Source: Antechinus flavipes
Lineage: Eukaryota
Assembly (NCBI RefSeq): GCF_016432865.1
Contig: NC_067401.1
Location: forward strand, 131,688,001 to 131,752,000
DNA length: 64,000 bases
Reading direction: 5' to 3'
The position numbers and the translations under genes were made by a program. Position 1 is the stretch's first letter; each line of letters begins with the position of its first letter. This document shows positions 12,430 to 24,075 of the stretch, one piece after another. Below the pieces are notes generated by a model. That model worked only from the letters and a program-made list of their open reading frames with translations. It made no database searches and was not told the origin of the DNA.

Positions 12430-15400
12430 ATCTTGGTTCCTGTACACAGTAACACCCATCTCAATGAAGCTAAACACATACAGTCTTAACATATTACTTG
12501 AAAAAAAGTAGTATGTTGGCAACTCAGATTTGTATCTGAATTGGTAGATTGTTTTATCCCGTATAAATGAATTGTACTTATAAATACCGAAGAATGGGAA
12601 ACTCAAAGACAATAGAGGGGTAATGTGAGCATTTTGGATAGTTTGTTTTCCTTCTCCTTGAAATCATATAGAAACCAGGTCAAATAAGATCCTTAGGAGA
12701 TATTTTACTGTGTGAGGAAAATCAAATGTCATCATTTGACTGTTTTCTACATCCCAAGTTCCTTTGTCTTAAGAACTTACAGTTGAACGTGCTTTTAAGC
12801 ACCAGTTTTATTTGCACTTTTCTTATGTTACTTTTAATCTTTTCCTGAATGATTAAATTTGAAGGGAAGATTGGTGTCTATGCACTTAGTTCTCTTATGG
12901 AGGAGGCACGTGCAATAGTTGGGCAGATTGAAATTTTAAAGGGAAAGCACAATTTTTCAGTGAGATGACTTCAGGATGTTTCTATGGCAGATACTTTATA
13001 TGTATTTATCAACACTACCATGTTTATTTATAATAGGGGTTATTAGTAGAAAATTCACACATATATAAAATACATTTTTTTGAACTTTTAAAATTTGTTT
13101 GGTAACTATCATAGACTTAAATTCACTCTAATTTGGTGAAAGCAATTGGCAAAAGTCAGTTATTCTGTTTTCTTAGCTATGTACATACAGAGAATGTTCT
13201 ATACATGGAGTAGATTTCTTTGGAAAGAATACAAGTTGATATAAACTGAAAAAATATTTCATGACACTCAAAATCAAAGGCATTTGAAAAGTTGAACTTA
13301 CATTTTCAGAGGTTACAAGCCGTACTTTAGAGCAAATTCGATAATGTAAATATGCCTGTGACAATCAATACATAATGCCTTCAATTCTGATTCTCTGTTG
13401 TGCAAATTATATTGTTTTTTCCTCCCCAAATCATTCCTAAGAGGTATATACTGTATTTTTTTTCTTTAAATGGGAAGTAAAATTTTAAACTAATTAAAGG
13501 CCTTAACCTGTTCCCAACTTTTCTAATCTTCATTTAACCTGTTGCCACAGACTGAGAGGATATGTTATCTGAGCCTAAAATACCAAATTTGAGTACATAA
13601 TTTTTGACTTTTTGAAATTGTCACTATAGCTCATTTAAAAATTTTATATTCTTTATTACTTTCTTTACTTTTCCTGTCTTTAAAAAATTTTTTTATTCAC
13701 TATCTTATTCTCTAAAATAAAACTCCCTTTATGCAGAATAGTACTCAGGTTGGTCTCTTACTGATTAATAGAACAGGTTAGTTTCCATTGTGGTATCAGG
13801 CTAGTGGTTAAGTCAGTGATCCAGTGCACTCTTTCTTCTCAGAGAATGTCATTTTTGGGTCTGGAAGACTGCAGTTTCGTAGTCTACATTTCAGATCAGC
13901 AGTGATCCATGAAGTCAAAAGCTGCCAAAAAGACGGTTGTTAGCCAATAACACCTTATACAAGTTTACCATCAATTGCAGTGTTTTTCCAGTACACCATA
14001 TGGTTCAGTAAAACCAGTTATCTTTACTTAGGTATGTGAATATTTAAACGTCGAAAGAAAAGAGTTCAGCTAGAAATGTGGGGTATCCAATTTTAAATTT
14101 CAAGGCAATTTCCAGATTAGGGTGATTTGGGTGATTGAAATCAAATCTGATTTAAGTTAAACATAAATATAATTTTTACATAATGATTTTGGGGAAGATT
14201 GTAGACTTGTAAAGAGTAGCATGCATTCTGATAAACTACAATTAAATTCGTTTGGCTTGATCTGTGGAAGGTGTCTGCTGTTAAAAAACAGTGTTGCATT
14301 ACGTTAAGTCTCTAACTCTTGTTGAATAGACAAGACCTAGCTTATTACTAAGTTCTCTTTACTTGATTTTTAAAAATTCAAATTATTTTTTCTTCTGCTA
14401 ACTTCTTTAGAAAGAAATAGGCCTTTTACTTGTAATATTGGAGTGACCAATTTATCTCAAGCCTTGCAAAAAAAATCATAGGATTACTTGTAAGGAAGAA
14501 TGTCATCCACATTTAAATAATGTTTTAAAAATTAGGCTTCTAGTTCTTGTAACAAAAATTTTTCATTTGAATTAAAACTGTCATTTTCCAATTTAGCAGG
14601 TAGGCAGCCTAGGCCCCGGCTAAAAGGAAGGGTAAGTCCTTCATTTGCATGGTGTGTGCAGGTTTTCCTGACTCTTTGCATTTAGCTTCTAATATTCAGA
14701 TTTAAAATCACATTTGTTATTTTTTACATTAGTTTGTGTTGCTGAATATTGTGACTAACCAGTTAAGAGAGAAAGCAGATTCCCTTATATCTGTTCAAGG
14801 CTGACATTCAGAAATCTTAGACTAAAAGAAACTTAACAAATTCATTTTGAAATGCAGTAGACAAGATGATCAAGAACTGATATGATAGTGGGTAAAAAGA
14901 ATGTTCTTATTAACTATATATTTTTACTGAAATGTAATAGATTTCATGTTTGTTGATTAGTGTAAATGAAGCCAAGTATTTTGGCTAATTATGCCAAAAG
15001 TTAATGACTATCTTTTGTGAGGTCATTTATAATTGCATGTTCCTTCTAGGTTATGATTAAAAAGCAAAGTTAACAAATTTGTAGTAATTTGTCTTGTGAA
15101 TGTCAGCCATGAGCTTAGTGTGTGACACATTCTCACTTGCAGTTATTCATTGTGCATGGTGAGTGTTATGCATTTCAACAAAATAATCAACTTATGCTGA
15201 TTTTTTTTTTATTTCTGCCAAATGAAATCTTTTGCTCAATACTTTTAAAGCTTTATTGATTTGGAGGGGTTTTTTTGTTGATCAGCTAGGTTTGTATGGT
15301 ATTTGTTGGACAAAAAAAATCCTCAGCTTGACTAGATAGGGTAGAAGTTTGGGATTAGAAAAATAAAATTGATATTGAAGGGTTTTAAACCTATTCTGTT

Positions 15401-16590
15401 TATGAAACAGTAGTTTCCAGGGCACTTTTTCCTCCATGTATGTCTTGACTAACATATAACTGTATCTAGAACACTCCAAATATTGTTTCGGTTCTCTAAT
15501 AGTAATGCCATATAATAAGTTTTGTTAGGCATAGTGGTCAGCTTGTGAACTTCATAGATGCTTTTGTCTAAATAGGCTTAACTAAAGGGACTTAAATTTT
15601 CTTTGTGCTGTCCCTAAATTTAGCTCAATAAATGTGAGGTTAGTCACATTTGTAAGAGAAAAAGCTGCTTGTAAACTATATCACCAAAATGTGCTTCATG
15701 TGTATTTTAAAGTGTAAGAGATTGTGAAGCAAGGTGTGATCTCTGCCTATTCTAGACTAAATGGTGCTTGTGGGGTGCTATAGTTTTTGCTTTTTTTTTT
15801 TTTTTTTTTTATTCTTAGATATTTGAGAGTCTGTTTACACTTTTTGTTAACACATCAAGCTTTTTGACTCTGTTAAACTCTTGTGAACACACTCCTATTT
15901 TGGTGCTTTGTAGGTATGTAAAAAACATTTTTTTGTCAGTTACCAATGATTATTTCTAGAAATTTGTCTTTACCACTATGTAATGCTTACTGCAGACCAT
16001 GGGTCTGGACACAGAACTGTTCTATAGTAAGTAATATAATACAGCTAAACCACTTTAGAATACTATAGTGATTATTACTTTGCTGTGGAAGATTCAGTTT
16101 GATATCCACGATTATTGCACTTTGTTGAGAATGCCTTTGTAGTACCTAAGTTTTGAAGTTAACTTTTTTTTTTTTTTTGCTATAGTGAATTCATCTAATA
16201 TAAATAGCTTAAGTGAAAGTATGAATACCACAGTAGTCTTATACAGAACTTAATCCTATTTTGTTACATATTTAAAAAGTATACCTTGTTCGATGTTTAA
16301 ATAGTCTCATACTGATCTGTGTACCTAGGGCTTGTTGACATTTATGAATAGATAAGGTTAATTTCTTGGACTTTACAGTATTGATGTCTCCTATTCTACT
16401 GCAGAGATCTTTTTTTTTTTTTAATGACCTTTCCCTTTTAGTTAGAATTACATAGTGTTTAGGGCTATATGAGACTGAATATTGTAAAATAATATCTGTT
16501 ATTCTATGTTAAGCTATCCCACTAATTGTTTCAATGTTGTAACTGTTTTAATTAAATAAACTTATTTCTTTAGGTCTGTTTCATACTGCG
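12430..16590 (+). other. KLHL11: Probable long AT-rich KLHL11 3' UTR with tandem poly(A) signals
   Basis: No recognisable TE. AATAAA at 13716, 15362, 15627 and 16555; the last is followed by a GU/U-rich stretch (16576-16602). Extent inferred, no transcript data. Confidence 0.6.
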
Positions 16591-16708
16591 TTTTCTGGTG
16601 TAAATTGCTAAATATAATTGCCCTTTCCCCTCCCATCCCCTTCATCCCTACCCCTGGCTCCCTCAAGTGGAACATTTTCCAATACTCTTCCAAGTTTAAG
16701 CACTGCAT

Positions 16709-16872
16709 NNNNNNNNNNNNNNNNNNNNNNNNNNNNNNNNNNNNNNNNNNNNNNNNNNNNNNNNNNNNNNNNNNNNNNNNNNNNNNNNNNNNNNNNNNNN
16801 NNNNNNNNNNNNNNNNNNNNNNNNNNNNNNNNNNNNNNNNNNNNNNNNNNNNNNNNNNNNNNNNNNNNNNNN
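16709..16872. other. Assembly gap (164 N) covering the KLHL10 C-terminus and stop
   Basis: Run of N; the KLHL10 frame enters it at ...CCVVPG. Confidence 1.
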
Positions 16873-17143
16873 GCCCTGGTACCACACAGCAGCTCAGAGC
16901 ACTGCGGTATATACTCATGTCATGAGCATCATACCATTCATCAGTCTTTTCATCATAGCACTCAACATTAAATGTAGTGGTGAAGCCATTGAAACCCCCC
17001 ACCACAAATAAGAGGTCATCCACCACTTCGATGCCAAAATTGCTACGAGGATTAAACATGGTGGGGATTGTGCGCCATGTGTTGGCCACAGGGCTGTAGG
17101 CTTCTGCACTCCTAAGTCGATTAGCTCCATCAAAGCCGCCTAC
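16873..17143 (-). CDS. KLHL10: KLHL10 exon 5 (partial, runs into gap)
   Basis: Acceptor CAG| at 17144-17146; VGGFDGANRLRSAEAY...SCCVVPG. Confidence 0.95.
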
Positions 17144-20100
17144 CTGTAGACAAGCAAGGAAATAATGGTTGGTAACCATTGCTTCTGTTTTTTAAAAGAG
17201 CTGGAAAAGAGTGGCTTATTTCACGTAGACTTAGCCACTCCTGTCCTATTGATTATTCCTCTGCCTCCATTACCTTCTAGTAGAATATTTCCCTTCTATT
17301 AAGAACCAGCTTGCGAGGCTAGGTCATTTTACTGATAGAAAATGTGGGGCTAGATTTTAAACTTAACATGGTTGTTGATAGACTAACCAAGCTGTCTTCT
17401 TACCGCATATACGTGTTCTCCATAAGCTATTACTCCTATTCCGCTCCTTCTGCTTCTCATGGGTGCTATGACAGTCCACTGATTACTCTCAGTATTGTAT
17501 ACTTCTGCTGTAAACAGGCATTCATTTCCGTTAAATCCACCACATATGTAGACCTATTTAAACAGAATTACCTGTAGTGACGATTACAGTCATTTGGAGT
17601 AAAGAATACTCTACCATGAAGACAATGCTGTACATCTTAAAATCCTGGGCTTCAACATCAGCTCACCCATGTCCTTACTTGTGGGGCAAGAATTCACTTA
17701 AGTAATCCCACTGAGAGCAAATAGTCTGCGCTTAAATATTCCCCGAGTACACGATTTCTCATGGTGTAGCTTATTCTAGAGTCTTTCAATTCCAATGGGA
17801 AGTTAAGGCATAAATTAATTTTTATTACCCATTCTATTTGTCTTGTTTTTCATCCAACTTGGGTTCCTGCATAGTTAATTTCTTCTTTTTCCTTTTCCAC
17901 ACTGAGCTTTTCTCCACAGGCACTTTAAACCCATTTCACTGGGATAATGCCAAAGTTTCAGTGCCAAGGTTTGCGTTGTTAGTTTTGTTTTTGAACTATT
18001 TAAATAACTTTATTGAGGCTTGTTATATGTCAGTACTCAATTAAAGTGCTGAGAGGAATATACAAAATCTCTAAAATATAAAATAAAAATGGGTCAGAAA
18101 TGTTTTCATATTGAGGAACAAAATATTAAGTGCTATTCCAGTTAGTTTTTGGGAAAAGGCATAAGCTTTCTATAGCCAGCTGATTTACTTCTATTTACTG
18201 AAAGTTATTGTATTTTACTCCATTAATATTTTTTAACATTACTAATCCACTCTTTTTCAGGGGCTGAGCATCTAGACTGTGTATGAATTACCTAGCCCCT
18301 GTTTTTTATTCATCCCACTTCTCACCTTTTTACAATTTCACTGACCCTTGACACCATTGCCAGACTGCAGAAAGCTTCTATATTGCTTTGTGTGCAGTCA
18401 GTACTGAAAAATTTAATAAAAAAAGATAATTGTTAATTAAACCATTAGAGCATGTTTTAGCCATATTTTCTGTTCCCCATCAGGATAAAGGGAGTTTGGG
18501 CAGTAAAGTTTGGGCTAGAAAGGCCAGTTTTAATATCAAGGTTTTGTCTTTGTTGCCAAGCCTGTGGGATAGCAGGAAAAGATTGCATACACCCCGGTTC
18601 TTTACCTTTCCATACAGGGTTGTGGCACTTGCATCACTTCTCTGTTCGTGCATGGGGGCGATGAGGGTCCATTGATTAGTCTCTGGCTCATACCGTTCAG
18701 CCGTGTTGAGACGCACATAGCCATCAAATCCCCCCATGGCATAAATGAAGTTGCTGAGGACAGTCACACTGACATAGCAACGTCTTGAGTGCATTGGGGC
18801 AACTTGGTGCCAAGTTTTCTTGACTGGGTCAAATCGCTTGACACTGTTGAAATAGTCCACGCTGTCGAACCCGCCAATGATATAAACATAGCCTTTCAAG
18901 TATGCTGCCCCATGGTAGGCACGAGGGCTCTCCTCCTCACAAGTGACGTTCACCCACCTGTCTGCCCGGGCATCATATGCTTCAATGGCATTGGTGGGGC
19001 TCCCACCGCTCCAGCCACCAATTGCAAACAAGATGGCATAGGGCAGACGGGGCCGGGTGAGGGGGTTGGTGAAGTCAGAGTTGGAGGGTCCATTCATGTT
19101 TAGGTCATACATGGCCTTTAGGGCATTAATAATGACCGGCTTGCACTCTTCACTGTCTTTCACATAGTCATTCATTTTAACATTGTTCATGAAATACTCG
19201 GCATGCATCAGGGCCAGGCGAACCTAAAAAAAAATAAATAAGAAAATTTAGGTGAGGCAAAAATACTCGAAAAAGCTACCTCCCTAACTATAATGTCTAA
19301 AAATGCCTTATATTGAATCACTAAGGGTTTTGTTTTTTAACCTGCTGAGTCATGAATTATTTTGTAATTGGGCATAAATTTGCATGCCAAGATAGAACTG
19401 GGTGCCCCAAGAATTTTCCTGCCCTTAAGCAAGATTATAGAACCATCCCAGAAAATTAGTGATTTGCTCTTTTAAAATTTTCTATAGTAATAGCTCAGTA
19501 TATAGCACTTTTAGGATTTATAGAGCACTTTCCCTGTGACAACCCTGTGAAGTAGAAAATGCAAGTATTATTTTACAGATAAACTGAAGCTCAAGGAATT
19601 TTAATTATTTGACCATAGCAAGGGTCAGAATCAGCACTCAAACCCAGGTTTATCTTGACTCCCATGTCCAGTGTTTTTCCCACTATGTCATAGCTTAGAG
19701 TATCAATTTAACCTGTAAATATATGACCTGATGTGCACAGTACTTTGACTCAAGAACTTGCACTTATTTTAATGGGTCTTCAGTGTTGACCTCACATCCT
19801 CTTTTTCCAGCAGAGGTTTCTAGGATTATGAAGTTTATATATCAATGTGTGTCTGGAGTGAAAAATAGAGTAGAGAGCAGTCAAATAATGACCATCCCAA
19901 GGGGAAAATTAAATCTCTCGTAAACAACAGAACAAGTAGCAATGGGCGAATTATCACATACAGATCATGCAACATTTATACTGCTGGCATTCAACTATTT
20001 TGTATATCTGGATAGATCTTGGGGAAACTCCTGGAATAAAGGAACTAAGAGAGTAGCTAAGAAAATCTAAAAGTAATAATTAAACTTGACCTTGGGTAGC

Positions 20101-22167
20101 AAAACTGAAATATGTTGCTTCCTATTTTGGGGGTCATGGGAAATCCACTTTAAAATTGCTTCAAAGACAGCATCTTCCTGCTTGACGTTGAGCTCGTCTT
20201 TCTCAATGATGTCCTTAAGCTCAGTGACTGAGAGCTCTAAAAACTCTGCGGAGACCTTGACCATCTCCTCAAAGTTGTGAAGAATGAACATGTATGCCTT
20301 TTGCCTTAACTCTGGGCAGTAGTAGTAGTCTGTGAATTTGCAGATGCCGATACAGTTATCCAAACACAACTCTGATTTGAGGAACTCACAGCAACCCCGG
20401 ACAATGCCCATGATGTTGAACTGATCCGCTGCAGCTAGCAGCTTCTCTACATTGTCTGGGGTGATGGGGACAGTCCGGGTGTAGGCATATTCAATAATTA
20501 ACTTCATCATATCAGGAGAAATACCAGGAATGTTGTACACTTTCTTTTCTGTGTTGTTCCAGCCACTTGTAAACAAAGCTCTGGAAAAAACAAAAAAACC
20601 AACAGTAGCCACAGAAAATGGTATCTCTCTCCAGCCTCTCCATGTCTTCCTCTTTTCTCCAATGAGGGGAAAGTTTGGGACACTACTTAAACAATGAGAT
20701 GGGAAGCTTGCTATAAATAGATCAAACTTATCATGGCATGGGGGTAAAAGGGAGGACATAGAGGAAGAGGGAAGGTGCTTTAAAAATAGAGCAGAAGGGT
20801 ATAAATATCTTCCTTTGGATTTCTTTCAAAGCACTTTCAATACTGTCCTAACATAGATTTTATCGTCATTTCAGTGTTGGAGAAACAAACTAGAGGGGTT
20901 AAGTAGTTTACTATAGTTAGAAAGGTGCACCTCTCTGACTTAGAACTAGAATCCAGGTCTTTTGCCTCCTAACTTAACTCGTGCATTTATTAAGTGCCTG
21001 CCCTGTGCAAGGCATCATACTAAAGCACTGGGATTATTAAGACAAAAATGAAGCAATCTCTGCCCTCCAAAAGTTTGCAGTGGGCATACAACATGTATGC
21101 TGAATGGAAAATATAAGATAATTTGAGGAGAGAGGGAAAACTAATAATGGCCATAGCCCACTGGATTCCACCTATTAAATGAAAATTAAACATCAGAGGA
21201 AGACAATTTTTTAAATAAGCCAATACAACTAAAACTTCAAAAAGGGTAAGGGAGGGAAAGCCCATTGTTTCTTTTCCTTTCCTTTTAGAGGGAAAGTGGA
21301 TTTAAGAGATCAAGGTCTCTTATTATAATGAAGACCGAAATAATATAGAGGAAGCATTTAACAGTTTTCCATATGGCCTGATTGCATTAGTGTTCTGTCC
21401 CTAGTTTCTTTTGCCCTCCCTCTTTTCTTAAATAATCCAGAAACTTCTGCTGAGAATCTCCCTCTTCTTCTTCCCCTTTGAACCCAAATTCTTGATAACC
21501 TTCTCCATCATCCATCATATTACCCTCTTGATTCCCTGTGTGAGAAGGGGCAGGGAATTTTCTATTGGGGAGACTGAAGTAGTGGTTTTGACATCTTGGT
21601 TTAAGTAGGGAACCCAACATGTATGTATGATACCCCTGACCCCCAGGAATTGGTGAACTATAACCCTTTGGTTCACCAAGGGGTCAAGATGGGAAGACAA
21701 GAAAGTGGCTAGTGCAGGGGGAGATGGCCTGGGAAGAAAATTGAGGGATGAAGGAGTTGAAAGTCACAGTGTAGTTTAGGGGTCACCCTCAAACCAGAAT
21801 GAAGCTAGTTTGTCTCCCCTTGCTGCTAGATGCCTCTTCAGTGGACAAATAAGTCAAAGAGTGAGAGAGCCCAGATCAGGAGAGGAGTATGGGATAGAAA
21901 CAACCCAGAATGCTTTGGTTGGTCCCCTTTTCCCTTTTTCACTCCAGCTCATTGGGGCTTCTATGTTTAATACCTAAAGTAGGAACTGCAGCTGCAGAGG
22001 ATGTTCTTGTGGGCATTGAACTCAAAGCCATTGACCTTGATGACCACGTCACAGAGCTTGCCCTCTAGCCTAAGCTCGTTGAAGATCTCGCAGGTCATCG
22101 CGCTCATTTTCCTCTCCATGTGAGGCTGGTGGAACCGCGTGGAGGCCGCTGTGCTCTCCATCTCCAT
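16873..22167 (-). CDS. KLHL10: Kelch-like protein 10 (testis BTB-Kelch CUL3 adaptor), 3'-incomplete; complement join(21974..22167,20091..20580,18606..19223,17404..17553,<16873..17143)
   Basis: MEMESTAASTRFHQPHMERK start, BTB (LCDVVIKV...AHKNILCSCSSYF), BACK and GG-containing kelch repeats. All junctions GT-AG and in frame; 574 codons visible before the gap. Confidence 0.97.
17404..17553 (-). CDS. KLHL10: KLHL10 exon 4 (150 nt, absent from the ORF track)
   Basis: VYICGGFNGNECLFTAEVYNTESNQWTVIAPMRSRRSGIGVIAYGEHVYA; AG at 17555-17554, GT at 17403-17402. Confidence 0.96.
18606..19223 (-). CDS. KLHL10: KLHL10 exon 3
   Basis: VRLALMHAEYF...TTLYGK, 618 nt, phase 0/0. Confidence 0.96.
20091..20580 (-). 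CDS. KLHL10: KLHL10 exon 2
   Basis: (R)ALFTSGWNN...VLLPK, 490 nt. Confidence 0.96.
21974..22167 (-). CDS. KLHL10: KLHL10 first coding exon
   Basis: ATG at 22167; donor TTTAG|GTATT at 21973. Confidence 0.94.
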
Positions 22168-23359
22168 GGCACCCTGGGACCAGCAGAGGGGAACTGTTCT
22201 CCGAGGGTGTGTGGGGGGGGCCCCGATCGCCAGCCGCTCTCTCCTTTTCCCTACTACATCTTTCAAATGGGGCCCAACAGGGTTCCCAAGTTCCAGAATC
22301 CTGTGCCAGCAGTGAGATCACTGTTAGGATTGTGCCTTGGGGTTCTGGAACCCCTTATCCTTCCTTTTTACCTCCCCCCCTCACCACCACCTAACACAAG
22401 CTAAGAATCTTTTCTTCTCCCCAGCCTAGACATCTTTAAACCTGCAGCAGAACTATGCCAGCAGCAAACAGGTTTAATTATCAAAAAGAAAAAGTCTAGC
22501 CTGAAATATATTCCCTGTATTGCCCTTATTCCTTCCTGTATTTCCCACCTTAAGTTCAAGGCCTTCTGTCCCCATTGTCTGCCTCCAGCAGACGCTTAGC
22601 ATAGTACCCAGTATCTGAACCCCAGACTACAGGGCTCTGTGGAAACCCAAGACAAAGGAAACAGAAAGTAGAGGCTAAACTGATTGAGTTTTTTTCAGGC
22701 CCACTCTCAAATTTCAGTCTTTTGGGCATGTATCATTTGGGATGGTGGCTCATCAGCCTCATTTTCCAGAGTTTGGAACCTGCAAGCTGGACCTCTATTC
22801 TTGCTCTTTTTCACCCCACACCATGGTGTGGTGCAAAGAGCCTCCAGGAGCTGGGTTCCAATTCCAGCTTTAGACCTTAGTCCCTGTGTGATTTTGGGCA
22901 AATATCTTCACCTCTCTGGGTCTCAGTTTCCTCATCTGTAAAAGGAAGGGATTGGACTAGGTGACCTCTAAAATTCCTTCTGGTTCTAAATTTATGATCT
23001 GGTCCACTATATTCTAACTTCTCCTGGCTAGAGGATGACACAGGTTTCGAACCTGGGTGACTGGAAGGATCGTGATGGCCTCGAGAGTAACAGGCAAGTT
23101 TGGAAGAGGGGTAGGTTTTGGGGAAAAAATAATATAATCTTCATCTGTGATGAAGAACACAAGCCTGCTCATCCTGTAAGACTCACTCTGTCCCACTCAA
23201 AAGGAAAGGGGGTGAGGGCCAAGCCTGCTTTCTGAGGGGTAGCTGCTTCAGCCACAAGATGATCTGAGTGACTGGGTGGATTCGCTGGGAAGGCTGCGGT
23301 GGGGATGGAAGTCTTAGTAGTGTGTGTGAGAGGGTGGGGCGGGAGGGGTGTCTGTTGGG

Positions 23360-24075
23360 TTATAAAGGTAGGTTGGTTTGTATTGGAAACAAGCCCTAGG
23401 ATTGGCTATTGTGGGATGCAACCTATCTTCCTACCCTCCCATTGGCTGATCACACCCTTTGGGGTCCACCCCGCCCCTCCCTATGGATACCATTGGCTGA
23501 AGGACCAAGGAGTACGTGCAATAGAATTTCTTTCTGCTACCCTAGGTCTTGAGGTTCTTGCCCAAATCTACCCACCTCAAAACACTTCCCCCCACCCCTA
23601 CCTCTCATTCCTAAACTCACCATAGTCGAACTTAAACCAGCTTTTTAAATCTGTTCCCCTGATCTGGCTCCACGTGGCTCCACTTCCATCCGATGCCCCT
23701 CAAAGAGGCATTTTTGAGTATTGAAAAGAAGAGAGCACTGACTTCGTGGCCTCGGACAACGTCACTCCGTCTCTCTAAGCCTCGGTTACTTCATTTGTGA
23801 AATGAGTTTTGGACCAGGTAATCTCTTTTATGATGATCATCAATGATATATTTCAAATTTCCCTTCTTTCCCTTCTGGCTCTTCTCCGGGCCCCGCCCTC
23901 TCCCTGCCCAGCCCCACCCCTCTTCCACTGGCCCCGCCTCCGTTCCTCTCCTGTCCCCTCCTCTCTCCTCCGTTTTCATTCACGGGCTGAAGGTGGCTGG
24001 CGCCTGCGCAGTTGGTTCTCAAGGACGCTATTTCTTCCGTGGCACGAGCAGACGGGAGGACTATGGCGGAGGAGG
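23360..24075. promoter_or_regulatory. Head-to-head KLHL10/NT5C3B promoter region
   Basis: Three ATTGG (minus-strand CCAAT) at 23401, 23441 and 23492; TTATAAA 23360-23366; GC boxes at 23469 and ~23890; NRF1-like GCGCCTGCGCA 24000-24010; CpG-rich near 23890-24070. Confidence 0.6.
24063..24074 (+). CDS. NT5C3B: NT5C3B exon 1 coding part (MAEE)
   Basis: ACTATGG (good Kozak), GAG|GTGAGA donor. Confidence 0.85.
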
